64,000 bases of DNA from Chrysomallon squamiferum (lineage: Eukaryota > Animalia > Mollusca): contig CM022670.1 in the NCBI GenBank assembly GCA_012295275.1, forward strand, positions 37,882,001-37,946,000. The letters run 5' to 3'. Of this stretch, positions 11,638-25,870 are shown piece by piece (positions within the stretch are counted from its first letter, which is position 1; every line of letters starts with the position of its first letter). The position numbers and the translations under genes are program-made. The notes under the pieces are model-generated. The model did not search any database. It was given only the letters and a program-made list of their open reading frames with translations, and had not been told where the DNA came from.

Positions 11638-13436
11638 AAGAAATAAGAAAAAAATCCCACAATAAATTGATTTTTTTTTTTTTTTTTTATTCAGTAAAGA
11701 TAAAATTTAAAAAAAAAAAAAAAAAAAAAAATAAATTAATAGAATGAAAGATAAGAAAAGAAAAGAAAGAAAAAAAAAAGGAGGGAATCAAAAAAGAAAA
11801 AGAAGACGATGACAGAACGAAAATAAAAAAGCACGTATACGTATCCGTGGTTTTATCATTAACGTCTTTAATAAAATTATTACAGATCCAAGGTAAGAGA
11901 AGAGGGACAACATTCTTAGAAACGTTAGATTCACTATCCTCCAAAAATTTAACAACAGCCCAAAACAATCCCACAAACACCCCCTAAAAATGTATATAAA
12001 TAAATAATACATAGAAAAACGAGAGAGATAGAAAGAAAATTTTCAGTTTATGTTGAAGACTTGTGACGTCTGCCCACACAAGCCCACGCCTGACATATTT
12101 TATTTACAAAGTCGAAAAGCGGAATAAATTAAAAATGAAAGAATATTGAATACTGCTTTCTAAAAGATACTATTATTAATGATTCTTTTGGATTTAATAC
12201 TTTTTATTCCGTTTTTTTTTTCTTTTGAAAATCATTACAATTTTATAAAAAACGAAACAAATAAAGATAAAAATAACAAAGAAAACAAAGAACTTAGCTG
12301 CAATGAAGTTTTAAACAAAAGAAACAAATAAACGAAATAAGCAGTTATATTAAAAAATGTTTTTTTTAAAAACATTTAATCTATAGTTTTTTTTCTTTAA
12401 TTTTTTCTTTATTGTAATTTTACAGAGAGATTCTTTCTTCCTTTCTTTTTCTTTTCTTTTTTCTTCACTTTTATGGATTTATTTTAAATTTTTAATTTTT
12501 ACACAGTTGTAAATTCGGTTAAAATAAAATATTACTTAATAATAAATGAGATAAATAAGATAGCATATCTGATTTATCTCATTTATTATAAGGTAACTAA
12601 TTATGTACGGCACCTACGTAAATGTAAATAATAAATTTTATTTTTATGTCTCTTTATAATCCACTAGAACAGCGAAAGGTAAACACATATTTTGTTTTCA
12701 TGAACTGAATTTTACCTACTCGTCTTCGATATGTTTTCTGTTTTACAGGTAACGCTTTGAAATATAAGTATTTACTTCAAAAATGTTACAAAACATCATA
12801 TGTAAATTAACATTAATTAACACAGTGGTTTGTTTCTGGTCCTGTTTCCCTTAAAATGTGCTTGCACCCGTATTAAGAATTCAGCGTGAATACTTTTTGT
12901 TTTGTGTGATGCAGTCAGTATTTTGCTTATAAATAAAGTGTGCCAATAAACTGACAAACTCAATATTAAAAGATAACGACATGACGTCATTTCGTACAAC
13001 AGAAATTCTCAAATTCATTTGTCCATATCATTTGATACATTGTCAATTTTGAGTATTTACAAGTTTACCAGTATATAATTGAAAAATCAAATGATAAAAG
13101 AAAAAGAAAAAGAAAAAAAACAAAAAAAAATCGAAACGAAAACAAAACAAAACTATACAATACAAGACATCAAATATACCCAGACTTCTAATCGGATGCA
13201 AAATATTGTTGTGAAGATTTCTAGAACATTCTTTAAAAATATTTTTGAAAATTAATATAATCAAGTCAAAACGGTTTATATTAATATACTATTTATAAAA
13301 TATAATTTGAATGAGAAAGAAAGCATCATGATAGTATAGGCACCTCAAATCCAAATGCTGAATGCTGAAACTAGTATGTGAACAAGTAATATCTGATATT
13401 TTAAACATTATATATATATATATAATATAATATTCA

Positions 13437-13587
<151 letters not shown>

Positions 13588-14026
13588 TTTCTTATATATA
13601 GCAGAATCGCCGATAGAAATCGGCTTACCGTTGCGATCATATAATTACATTGAATAACTTCACACAAAACAAACTCTAATAATCTGGCTACATCGACGTT
13701 TTCACACAAACCTATCTGTGTGATCACAGTTCACAATCGTTCACAAGAAGAAGACACGATTCAGTCTGGAGATCAGCGTTTTTAACAACTTCAGACGCCG
13801 ACAACGTTACCTGACAGAACACGTAGAACACAAGAATCCGGCCTTTGTACACAACAAATAATTCGATCATCCTTACTGACGTCATTATCATTGTATGACG
13901 TCACCTGCTTTTTCTTTCTGTTTTTTTTCTTTCTTTCGAAGGTCTGTCAACAGCAAATGGAATATTTGTACGTCATTGTGTGTCAAGCACCGAATATTAT
14001 AGAAGACAAAAATAACCACACAAAAA

Positions 14027-14127
<101 letters not shown>

Positions 14128-14160
14128 GTAAATTTTCATGGCTGACAGTTAATGACGTCA

Positions 14161-14384
14161 CTACAACTTGTTGACGCACGTATCATTTTCAGTTCTCGCC
14201 TTAGCAACCAAATCGCATTCCAGTAACCAGTCTGTGCTCGGGGATGGGTAAAAACAAACCATCATAATATTCCAAAACTGTTGAAACAGTTCATTTCTAC
14301 TGTCATCAAGCATCCGTGGCCATTGTTCTGTGAGCTCGGCTGACTTCTGAAGACTCGTATTCTCCAACTCTGTACCTCGCTCCA
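14161..14384 (-). CDS. Probable terminal coding exon (C-terminal tail) of the orexin/allatotropin-receptor-like GPCR
   Basis: Strong acceptor tttctctctgtttcag|TG. Joined in phase 1 to the helix-8 exon (T+TG = Leu) it reads LERGTELENTSLQKSAELTEQW...CVNKL* (ORF 14161..14385). The tail has no conserved motif and an intermediate exon cannot be excluded, so the frame is uncertain. Confidence 0.5.
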
Positions 14385-15835
14385 CTGAAACAGAGAGAAA
14401 AGCACGAAATCAGATCTTAGCTTCATCACAAATCCATACACAAGCGGAAATTACTCAAAAATAATGTTAATTGTAATAATCCTTACTTGTACTCTACTTC
14501 TATGCTTGCTAACAAAGCGTATAATTATGTTACAGCTGATTTTTCATAATTAGCAGATACGTGGAACATATCTATAGGTAGGTTACATACTTGATTCGCG
14601 ACCAACTCTTCAAACGGATACTCCTGTAGAATATATATATATACACTCTCACACATATATATGATGTATGTATATATATATATATGTGTATATACAGTGT
14701 TTCATGTTTAGTCATAGAGTTGTTATAACAACATTTATCTGTTCTGCTTTTCATTGTAACGTCCATAGATTTTAAAAATATATCCTTATTTATTATAAGT
14801 TCCAATATTTTTTGAAGAACATTTTAAGATGCAAAAATAATTATAGATTAATGTCGGATGCATCAGTGTACGAAAATGTTTCTTTATTCAACACTGCTTT
14901 TATGTTTACAATTACACAATGCTTATACTTCGCTGCAATTGTAATAACTCTTATGATCAGTTTGTCTCACTAAACCAGCTGTAACTTCTACTGCTAGGCA
15001 ACCGATTCTGCTTCTACTGTCACCCATTACATACCATAGTTATATCTTTTATCGCAACAAAGAGCAATTATTATTGTACGTTTCTCGTAAGTGTTTCCTT
15101 CATCTTTCTCTCAAATTTTAACAAACACTGTTGTCTTCCAGTCCATTTTCAAACTCAAACATATTTTGTTGAAGTAACGTCTTTCAGGAATTCAGTTCTC
15201 GTGAAATTGCAAGGTTCTCAAAAAAAAAAAAAAAAAAAAACTCGTAATATATTTAGAAACTCGTTCAGTTTAGAACGGACAAAAAAAAACAGGACACCGA
15301 TATTTCGCTGTTCAGAGCTGTCTCCAAGTTGAAATCATCTTCAGAAATTCTCAGAGCGTTTTTAAAACGTCCCACTGGGCTTTGTATCTCTTCATACGGA
15401 GCCCATACAAATTGTAGTTTAGAGAGAAATTGTGAAACAACTGTTTTTTTGTTTTTGTTTTTATAAAAGAGAAACCACAGGACGGGAGAAACCGCAAAAC
15501 GGAAAATCAGCTGCATAATAATGAGCGATGACCTCACGGCTAAAAAAGAAACAAGGAACACATAGGAAGCAGCTGGGAAAGAAAAAAACAACAAAAATAA
15601 AATAAATAAATAAAATAAAGGAGAATGAATGAAACAAAATAAATATAAATAACATAGGTGTCACACTGACAGAGAAAGAAAACTCAGTATAAATCGTAAG
15701 ATAAGAGAAGGTTACAAAGTAAACAGATACGTGAATAGAGAAAACCAATAATTATATTTATTTATTTATTTTTTTATTTTATTTTTTATTTTTTTTTTTT
15801 TTTTAGGAAATGTTGAACTTGATATATGTCAAACT

Positions 15836-15874
<39 letters not shown>

Positions 15875-16022
15875 ACAAAATAAAAAAAATAAATAAAAAA
15901 TAAGAAGAAGAAGAAGAAGCTTTTGCACGTCAAAGAAAATAAAATAAAATATATATGTTACAGAACCGAGATCAAGTATATAATTATGCCAAAATTCAAA
16001 ATCCGTTTTGATCTTGCACATG

Positions 16023-16082
<60 letters not shown>

Positions 16083-16625
16083 AAAAAAAATTATAAGAAG
16101 AAAAAGAAGAAGAGATAGGAAAACAAAACAATTTATGATACAAATTCGAGCGATAAAAGACAATATTATTTCATGTCTAATGTCAACGATTTATCTTTAG
16201 ATATTCCTTGTAAAGTCCGGGACGCGGAATACAGCAGTCAAGAGACCAATTTAGAAAGCATATTCACTGATTTTGTCAGTCGTAAATAAGCGATTAAGCA
16301 AAGATCTGCATTTTTATTGTATTATACTGTTAGCTATACTGCCGAATGACATGATCCAAACTAATAAAGCTAAACGAATATTTTTTTCTCTTTTGTTATT
16401 TTGCTGTTTTAGTCAGTTGACTTTCATTTTATGAGTTACGTCGACTATGTTGATTCAAGATCCGTACTGTACTTGTGAAGAATATAATTTATTTATTTAG
16501 TTAATTTGTTTATATATTTTATATGTTTGTTTTGTTTTGTTTTTCTTACTTTCATTTTATTTGGGCCATTTCTAACCTTCGCAGGATAAAGCTGATATTT
16601 TAAGACAGTTATCACTTTTTCCTTA

Positions 16626-16679
<54 letters not shown>

Positions 16680-17045
16680 CATTATTGTATAAAAAAAGAA
16701 AAAACTGGAATACCTAATAATAATATATCTAAGATGAAGTATATTATTCTGGTTTGTTAAAGTATTAGATATTAACAAAGAATTTTGAAAGGAGAAACAA
16801 AATAAATAAGTACAGATTATTAAAAAATTAAAATAAATAAAAGATGGATTTGTGCAGATAATATAACGTATTTTAGTAACGTACCTTCTTGATGATAGAG
16901 GTTCCATTTCGACTGTAAAGAATAAAAGACATATTAAATAAAACTGTATTTGAAAAATAACTCGAACTGCTTATTACAACAAATAAAATAATGATCAACA
17001 ATGTCTGTCTTCAGTAATGTTAATACTTCTAATTATAACCTACAC

Positions 17046-17084
<39 letters not shown>

Positions 17085-17476
17085 CATCATCATCATCATC
17101 ATCATCATCGTTGTCATCAACATCATAACAACAATAATAGCAGTAATTTTAACAGTAATATGATGATGATGATGATGGTGGTAATGATAATGATGATGAT
17201 ACGTAATATTAAAAATTCTGGGCTTAAACTTATTTGTTATGTCTAACAGCTATTTTGCTGGTATTTAATCCTGTTATATATAACAGTAAATATCCATGAT
17301 GTTTAAATAACGTTTCTAGGTTACGTGGATGGAGCATTTAAAGTTGGTTTATCTGCAAGTAAGAAATCTTTGAGCGCAAAGAAAGCCTCGAGACAAGAGA
17401 ACAAATACTCCCGAATCAACGTTATTTTTGTCATTTGTAGCAAAAGATCTATTCGTTTTTCAAAGCTCAATAAAAG

Positions 17477-17508
<32 letters not shown>

Positions 17509-18595
17509 ATCTGATTTATTTAATCGCTAATATAGTCACTATTCTTCTCTATGACCTCTTTCCATCTGTCAACGAAATTTTAAATGCCACGTTCGTAAAA
17601 TTCCTTAAGTTTTAACTGCGGTATACGGTGCACAATTCGAAGGTAAACTTTTCTTTTTTACTTAATTCAGTATCAACTCTTGTTGTGTGGAAAGCAATAT
17701 TCAACTGACTGGTGTTCTGTGGATACTTAGTCTCATTGTACTTGCATTTCATTACTGCCTTTAGAGTTATTCTTGATGATGATGGTGGGCCGGCGGTCAA
17801 ACTGTTCCTCATAATTCTATTTGCTAAGAGATCGAATCCTGGTGTTGTCTTCTATCCAGAGTTAAACGGAGAGAGGTGTAACGCTAACTGAGAGACTCGT
17901 TTTGCTAACTAATGTGAATTAACACACACAGACATCATAAAACTGTCCACGATATTCAATATTGAGATAGCGAAACCATGACAGACACCCTTCATTACAG
18001 TGTGCACATTAAAACGTTCTCACAACGTAACCCAGAGGCGAAAGCAGTCTGAAGTGAAAGCAGATACGAGTCTGCCTAGAAACATAAAAATTCCTCTTGG
18101 TTCGCCTCCTAGATTTAAAGATAAACGAGATTTCTGTTAAGCTGTCCCTAGACTGTATCATACCAAACACTTTCGAAACTAAATGCGCCTTTTAATTCGT
18201 TACCAGAGATCATTGTTTGTTACACATCACGCTTATTTTTTCCTTTAGGGTACGCTTAAGCTCATTTTTGATCAAAATTACAAATCTCGCAGTTGTTCAA
18301 TGGATTTAACAGGTCACCATAACCTTGCTTGATTTTTTCAGACGACGTTACAGAGAAAGAAAGGACAGTTTGTTTAAAGGTCAGGTATTGTCATTCAGAC
18401 ATTCGGCAAGAACCGTTTAGTGACTTCCAATTCTGTTACATTTATAGCAGGCATGAATGAACGAGGTAATAGGTGAATCCCTATTTGACGCAGCCAATGT
18501 TTTGAATCAACCACAAGAAAGAAGACGAAGAGTAGAACGATATTTGGTGGTAAAATAAAAACGTTCACCAAGATAACCTTTGGAATCAGTTGTGT

Positions 18596-18647
<52 letters not shown>

Positions 18648-18835
18648 ATGTGTGTGTGTATGGTCAGTGTAAGCTATGCACACACACACACACACACACA
18701 TACATATGTATATACAGTCACCGATATGGGACATGCCAGTTATTATTTTCCTTGATCACTGTGTTTGTGATTAAGATTTATGTTTCAGGATGACTTAGAG
18801 CTGGTAAAAATGAACTTTAAACTAGGGTTACTCAC

Positions 18836-18919
18836 AGTTTTCATGTTTCTTTTTGTGTTTGCGTGCACATAGTCTGAACCAGCACGTGAAAGCAACTCTG
18901 AATTCTTTACGAAATTTAC
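18836..18919 (-). CDS. Orexin/allatotropin-receptor-like GPCR, helix-8 exon (not in the ORF track)
   Basis: Acceptor ttctttttgtttgtacag|GT AAA TTT CGT AAA GAA TTC gives (G)KFRKEFRVAFTCWFRLCARKHKKKHEN; donor T|gtgagt. Matches the SGKFRxEFxxAF motif of orexin receptors, with two candidate palmitoylation cysteines. Confidence 0.92.
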
Positions 18920-19036
18920 CTGTACAAACAAAAAGAACAGAACGTGCATTAGTATCGGTAAAGGAACTAAAAATAAAAATCATAAAAGCGAATTAAATAG
19001 GAAAGTTAGAATGTAAGTAAATATAACAACAACAAC

Positions 19037-19099
<63 letters not shown>

Positions 19100-20292
19100 C
19101 TCCATATCATACATATGCATAAACCAATTCAAATATAAATAAATAAATAAATACACACACATACACACACACAGACACACAGAAATATATTCTCTTTTCC
19201 AATATCAAACAATTTTTTCATTTTTTTTTTTTTTTTTTTCAAATTAAACAGTTACAACTGAAATACAAAAACAAAAATCTTCAGCAAATGAAGAAGACAA
19301 AATAATTCTTGAAAATAAACACAGCAGAAAACATATCGATACGACTATTCCGTTTTACACATTAGCAAACCTTTAAGTATTAACTTCAAACCGTGAATTC
19401 AGATTTTATAACTCTGATGCTTAAAGTTTTCGATAACTTTTTACCAGAGCTAAATTTGAAGCTGATTGTTATGGCTACGTCCTTAAAAGCCTGTGTTCTT
19501 TTTTATTTTTTTATTTTTTATAATGAAAATAAAAAAAGTAATTGCATTCTTGAAAAAAAAAAAAAAAAAAGTATTGTATGAGACCACTTCTTTCGTAATG
19601 AAATTCAGCCATCTTCTTCATTGCAGTGCACAGACTGTTGATGTTCAGCTGATAAAAGAATTTGTGCGTGATGTTAATCAAACTGTTGAGATTAATCCTG
19701 ACAAACAGAAACGAGTGGAGAGTGCTTTTACTTGTGGCTATAACTTGCTTATGTAGTGAGAAATAAATATCTTGCTTATATAGTAAGAGATAAACACGTA
19801 CGATTTGGTATTAATGTCCGAATCAGTTCAATGGCTTTGAGCATCTTTGTTTAATTACAATAATTAGAATACGGTTTTACTCACATTTGTTTGTTTTTTA
19901 TTTCCTCAAGGTGTAAAAAGCGACAACTTTAGAATTAGATTCTTCTTTCGATTAACTTTTTTTCGTTTTGAAATACATACATATTGTCATTCATTTATTC
20001 TTTCTTTCTTTTTTTCTTTGCTTTCCACGAATTCCATTTTTATTAATATTAGCTTTAAATTATCAGTTTAGGACCAGTCCTGAACGTAATTGAAAAAGTA
20101 TGCGAATTGCAAATGATTTGTGTGAGTGTGTGTGTACGTGTTTATATGTATGTAGGTCTGTGTGTGTGTGTTTGTTTTATATATATATATATATACAAGC
20201 CACACAGACACATAAATATATACATACAAACATGTATACATACATACATACATACATTCATACACATAAACATACATACATACATACATATA

Positions 20293-20628
20293 TAGTTTAG
20301 GATTTTTGAATATTCTCTGTCATATGTACGTCTGGATAGACTCTGCACGTAGACAATATTCGGGAACGCACTGGCGCAGGAGGACAAAGTCCAATCACTC
20401 GAACGTATGACACCCATTCGCCCACACTCCGAAGGTTGTCTCGGTAGCCGAACGGTAACAACGGGCGAATGGGTGCCATACGTTCGAGTCTCGTCAGCGG
20501 CATCTGACAGGTTTGTGAATTCATGATTGGACTTTGTCCTCCTGTGCCAGTACGTTCCCGAAATATTGTCTACGTGCAGAATCTAATCAGACGTACATAA
20601 GATAGAGAATATTCAGAATCTTAAACTG
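20293..20628. mobile_element. Palindromic MITE, Tc1/mariner-like (long TIRs, TA-flanked)
   Basis: Outer arms 20293-20397 and 20524-20628 and inner arms 20397-20423 and 20463-20489 are near-perfect reverse complements. Ends read TA|tagtttagg...cttaaactg|TA. It lies in TA/TACA microsatellite and a second partial copy exists at 49933-50107. Confidence 0.8.
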
Positions 20629-20844
20629 TATCAATGTATATATTTATGTGTATGTATGTATGTATGTATGTATGTATGTTTTTGTGTGTACCTGTGTTTA
20701 ATCATATTTACGTTTGTATGTATATTTATGTATGTGTGAGTGTTTATATATAGGTTTGTGAGCTTAGTTTAGTCTATAACTGTCTGTCTGTATTTGTGTA
20801 CATATTTATATACGAATGTCTGGAGTTGAAGAACAGCGACTTAC

Positions 20845-20963
20845 CACTCATAAAGTTATAGATGACTGGGTTGATGGAACTGTTGAGATAAACCATCCAG
20901 TGAGCAAACAAAGTGACAATTTTACTATTGTCAAACGTCTGTAGAAGAGGACTTTCTGTCAGT
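20845..20963 (-). CDS. Orexin/allatotropin-receptor-like GPCR, ECL3-TM7 exon
   Basis: Acceptor tttctttacag|A (phase 2) and donor G|gtaagt (phase 1). Encodes (R)LTESPLLQTFDNSKIVTLFAHWMVYLNSSINPVIYNFMS(G), with NPxxY and the HWxxYxNS motif typical of orexin/allatotropin receptors. Confidence 0.96.
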
Positions 20964-21142
20964 CTGTAAAGAAACATGTAAAATGGGTAAATTTAGAAAC
21001 AAAAGTGTCGTCTGTCAAGGTCATCATCATCAACATCATCATCGTCGTCGTCGTCGTCATCATTATGGTCATCATCATCCTCATCATCATTATCATCATC
21101 ATCATTTATCATCATCATCATTTATCATCATCATCATTTTCC

Positions 21143-21179
<37 letters not shown>

Positions 21180-21696
21180 AAATGAACACACATTACTTTG
21201 CCACTATATATTTGTAACTTAATACACTAATTCTGAATTGTAAAAACGTATTGAACAAAGAACTGAAGTAAAAGATTCCCGATTATCTATTATGGTTGTG
21301 CCATTTGTTCAAGACAACTTGAAACAGTTATGGATAAAAAATATTATTCATTATTTTGTTTTAACATCTTGTAATGACAACGATTGTACTATCTGTTTTA
21401 TTATTTTTATACCTTTGATGTTCTGAAACAGTTAAAATGCTGATTTAAAAAAAAAAAAAAAATCTTACATTTGCTTCATTTAAAATTCAGACCCGTTTTA
21501 AAAGCACATTCAACAGTGTTTATTTTCTTAACTACCGTTTTGTTTTTTTCTGGGTAATAACAGAGTTCTGTATGTTTCTACAAAGTACACAACTGAGAGA
21601 GGAGTTAAAGCTCTTTGTAAAGCGATTTAAATAATAGGTTTTTCTTTCTTTATATTTTCCCTTTTCTTCTTGTTTTTTCTTTTCTTCTTTCTTTTC

Positions 21697-21729
<33 letters not shown>

Positions 21730-23455
21730 TCTTTCGGTTGTTATAAATTCCTTTATTTCTTTGTTTTAAAAATGTATAACTGAAAAAGAATAATTTTTAT
21801 TTTTCTTTCGTTCACTCGTCTTTTTTTTTTTTTTTTTTTTTTTCATTGTTTTTACGATTTGTACTTCGTTAGTTACGTGTTTTGAATAATAAGCTTGAGA
21901 AGGATCTGAAAATTACAGTACAGATCACGAATCAAAAATATCCGCTGTAATCTTCTACGGTTGTGACATTTGTTCAAGACAAATGAAAGAACTGTGTAGT
22001 AAATATGCATTTGTTATTATCTAATAAGGACATTTTACTTTTTTGCACCTGATGGTGTCTTCGTATGTACTTTTTATTTTATTATTTTCGCACTTTTGCT
22101 AAACTAAAACTGGAACGCAATTACAGTGCAGATCGGAAAAAAAAAAAAATTGTAAAAAAATAACGGAAAACCTCTAACATTTCCTCCATAAAAAAAGCTC
22201 AGATCATGTTATGAAAATACTTTATACATAATTACAGTTATTTTCATTCATTTTTATACGTTATTTGTATCAAAAAACACATTAGATGCAACTGACTTGC
22301 CCGAGAAAACATTCATCAAGAAATTATCGTATTGTAGGTCAGACTATAACGTCAGAGCTATTTGTTAACAGAAATGCCTTCAGCTTCGTTTAGATCAGTT
22401 TCTTTATTTTTATTTTTTATTTTTTCTCGAAGAATGAAAAGGGATTTCCTGGAATTTTATTTCAGAAAGCTAGGTTTTGTTTTCGTGAGCGGTATATTTT
22501 GAAGATAGTTCGATTTAGAGCAGTAATTTGAATTGTTATTATTTAGTAAAACAGAAGGATATATTTATTTATTTTGATTTTTATTCTTATATTTATTTGT
22601 TTTTATTATTTTTTTCAGAATTATCGCTTGTGTTGTGAAATATTCAGATAGTAAAGTATGTCTGAATATATCACAAAATATACGATAATTTAAGGAATAA
22701 ATAAAAAATAAAAAAAAATAAAAATAAATTAAAAAATCCTTTTTCTTTTTTCCTGTCTTTCTTTCCTTTTCCTTTTCTTTCACACTTTCTTTCTTTTTCC
22801 TTCCTTTCTTATATCTTTCTTTCTCTCTCTTTCTGTTTCATTCTTCTTTCACTTCTTTTAAATCTTTCCTCTTTCCTCCTTTTTTCCCCATCCCTTCCTT
22901 TCTTTTCTCTCTCTTTCCCCTTTCCATTTCTTTCGTTTTCTTTTTTCCCCCCTCATCTTCAAAGCACAATAACACAGTCACTGATTGCTTAAAGTGAATA
23001 ACGGAGATAAAACTCATACTTTGTTCTTTTCTTCTTTGATCAAAAGCGTAAACGAACGAAACCACGACGTATATAAGGTTTCGTACTAACGGTCTTAATC
23101 ATTAGATGGCTCAAACGAATGACCAACCAAAACCTCGCTCATCACTGTTACATTAGCATGCGTTGGTAACGTAGGCCTTTTAAAACACTAAGGTAACAAC
23201 ACATTACGGTCTGTACAATTATAGCTAAGCTGAAGGATGAGCACGCAAAATGATGACAAATTGTCGGCTTAATTTTCGCCCAGCTTTTTCGAGATTTTGC
23301 CATTAGTAGAGTTTCTGTTTCCCAAAAGAGAAATATCTGCTGTACGAAGATCGATCTGTGTTATCTGCGATGGAAAGATACTCTTGAAATAAATCTTGAG
23401 AGAATCTGGTCATGGGATCTATACAACATCTTGTCCGTCGGTTTGTATGTTGTAT

Positions 23456-23600
23456 GTGTATCTATATATAGTGCAATTTAAACGGTTTATGATTTATCAA
23501 CAGTTATGTATATAAATTCTAGGGATATGTATCTATAATATAGTGCAATTTAAACTGTTTTTGATTTATTAACAATTGCGTATATAAATTCTAGGGATAT
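23456..23600. repeat. Tandem duplication, 2 x ~71 bp
   Basis: gtatctata..tagtgcaatttaaac..gtatataaattctagggatat occurs at 23458 and 23529. Confidence 0.85.
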
Positions 23601-24274
23601 ATTTAAATGTGTTTGTTTGTTTGTTTATTTATTTTACGTTGTAGATAAGGTTCAAGTTCAAAAACAGATTATGCAGTTTATTAAACAAACATATGACTTT
23701 AATGTAATTAGGTATAACAACTACTGTATTGATGATGGTGATGATGATAATGATGATGATGATGATATATATATATATATATATATATACAGTTTATTCA
23801 CTAAAATTCAGCCTCATTTGTTCAAGTATGTCCGTGCATCAGTTAATCGGGTAACAAATACAAATACTACATTTATTCTCTGAATACTAAACAGGAGAAC
23901 CAACAGAACACAATAATAACAACAACACCATCTACAACAACAACAACATCAATTGCAGTATTAATAGCAGTAATAAGAAAATGAAGAACAGCAACACCGA
24001 CAATAAATAATAATAATAATAAGAAGAAGAAGAAGAAGAAGAACGACGACAACAACAATAACAATAACAATAACAACAACAATAACAACAACAATAATAA
24101 TAATAATAATAACAATAATAATAATAATAATAATAACAATAAGAAGAAGAAGAAGAACAACAACAACAACAACCACAGCAACAACAACAACAACAACAAC
24201 AATAATAACAATAACAATAATAATAATAATAATAATGCTTGTTAACATTTTGTGGAAACTGTTAAACTACTTAC

Positions 24275-24398
24275 CTCATACAGTTCCAAATATACAAAGG
24301 CAGAAAACAAAGTATGAACACGATGACGACGACAATCAACATTTTCGCAGTGCGTCTTCGGGCATTTACCTGCGCTGTCATGGCGTTCTGGCCAACTT
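24275..24398 (-). CDS. Orexin/allatotropin-receptor-like GPCR, ICL3-TM6 exon
   Basis: Acceptor ttttctgtgtttgtag|AA (phase 1) and donor AG|gtaagt (phase 2). Encodes (E)VGQNAMTAQVNARRRTAKMLIVVVIVFILCFLPLYIWNCM(R), which contains the ARRxTAKML motif seen in orexin receptors. Confidence 0.96.
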
Positions 24399-24640
24399 CT
24401 ACAAACACAGAAAAGAAAAAGAAATTCATAATAAAAAACAGAAATTTAATAATAAGAATAATAATGGTCATAGTGATGACGGTGATAATGATATTTCGTA
24501 AACCTGTCTTTAAAATTACGAGTAACAGAATGAATAAATATTTGTTTAATGAGCTCTTTTATTCAGTGGATGTAATTTTAGATTACAGCGCTCAGTTCTG
24601 TGATTTAACCCCGTTATTGAAAATGATAGCATTTGTGTTT

Positions 24641-24953
<313 letters not shown>

Positions 24954-25839
24954 TTGAGAGATTGTGAGAAAGAGAATGACAGACAGACAGAAACACAGAC
25001 ATAGACAGACAAACAGACATGAAAAGAGATCAAAAGTATTTATAGTAGTAGTTGTAGCATCATCTAAAACTATCAGTATTAATGTTAATAATATTAGTGT
25101 TAATACTAATATAACAATACAGTATTATTATAACTCTGATAACATAATGTCATACCGGAATGTATCAGAAACAAACGTGATCAAAACCTGATAACAGAAG
25201 TAGTAACATGAGTCGCTACCTTTTCTGCAGCGATATCAATATAATATTGTCATAACATCTATCTAACTGTCGGGGCATAATAACTCAAATTTTATCTTCG
25301 TTTTTTCTTTATAAGTCTGTTAATACAGTCTCGAATATGTTTCAAAGTGAAGTGGGATTTGCCTCAGCAACGAACGCAATTCTTCAAAGATCTCTTTAAG
25401 TACATGATTGTCTTCACGCATTCGCAAACAAAAAAGGCAGCACTGTCAGTTATGTCAGTTTGTCTGACAAAATCTGACATCAGAGACAGAAAAATCATTA
25501 GTGAACTCGTCCTTACAATATTACTAAAACTTCACTGCTAAAATGACAGTAGATAAAACGTATCATTAAGACGTCTACAAATAAATAAATAAATAAATAA
25601 ATAAATTTAAAAACATAAAAAGATAAATAAAAAGAAGAAGAAGAAGAAAAAAATTAAATAAAAAGAAGAAGAAGACAAAAGAAGAAATCTCTCTCTTTTC
25701 TCTCTGTTTTATATTAATGAAAGTTAAATCATTCGCCTTCATTATTATTTATATTATAAATGCTTTTCATTTGCATCTTAAAATGAATATACCTAAGCTA
25801 ATTACAAAATAAATTCGCCTTCAATTATATTTTTTTGAT

Positions 25840-25870
<31 letters not shown>

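Noticed and set aside
20297-20524. Similar short ORFs MPLTRLERM.PIRP at 20297..20524 and 49699..49983
   Set aside because: The similarity comes from the shared MITE arm; there are no transposase motifs.
21293-21982. Shared 24-mer ggttgtg.catttgttcaagacaa at ~21294 and ~21959
   Set aside because: A short, old local duplication with no further structure that I could extend.
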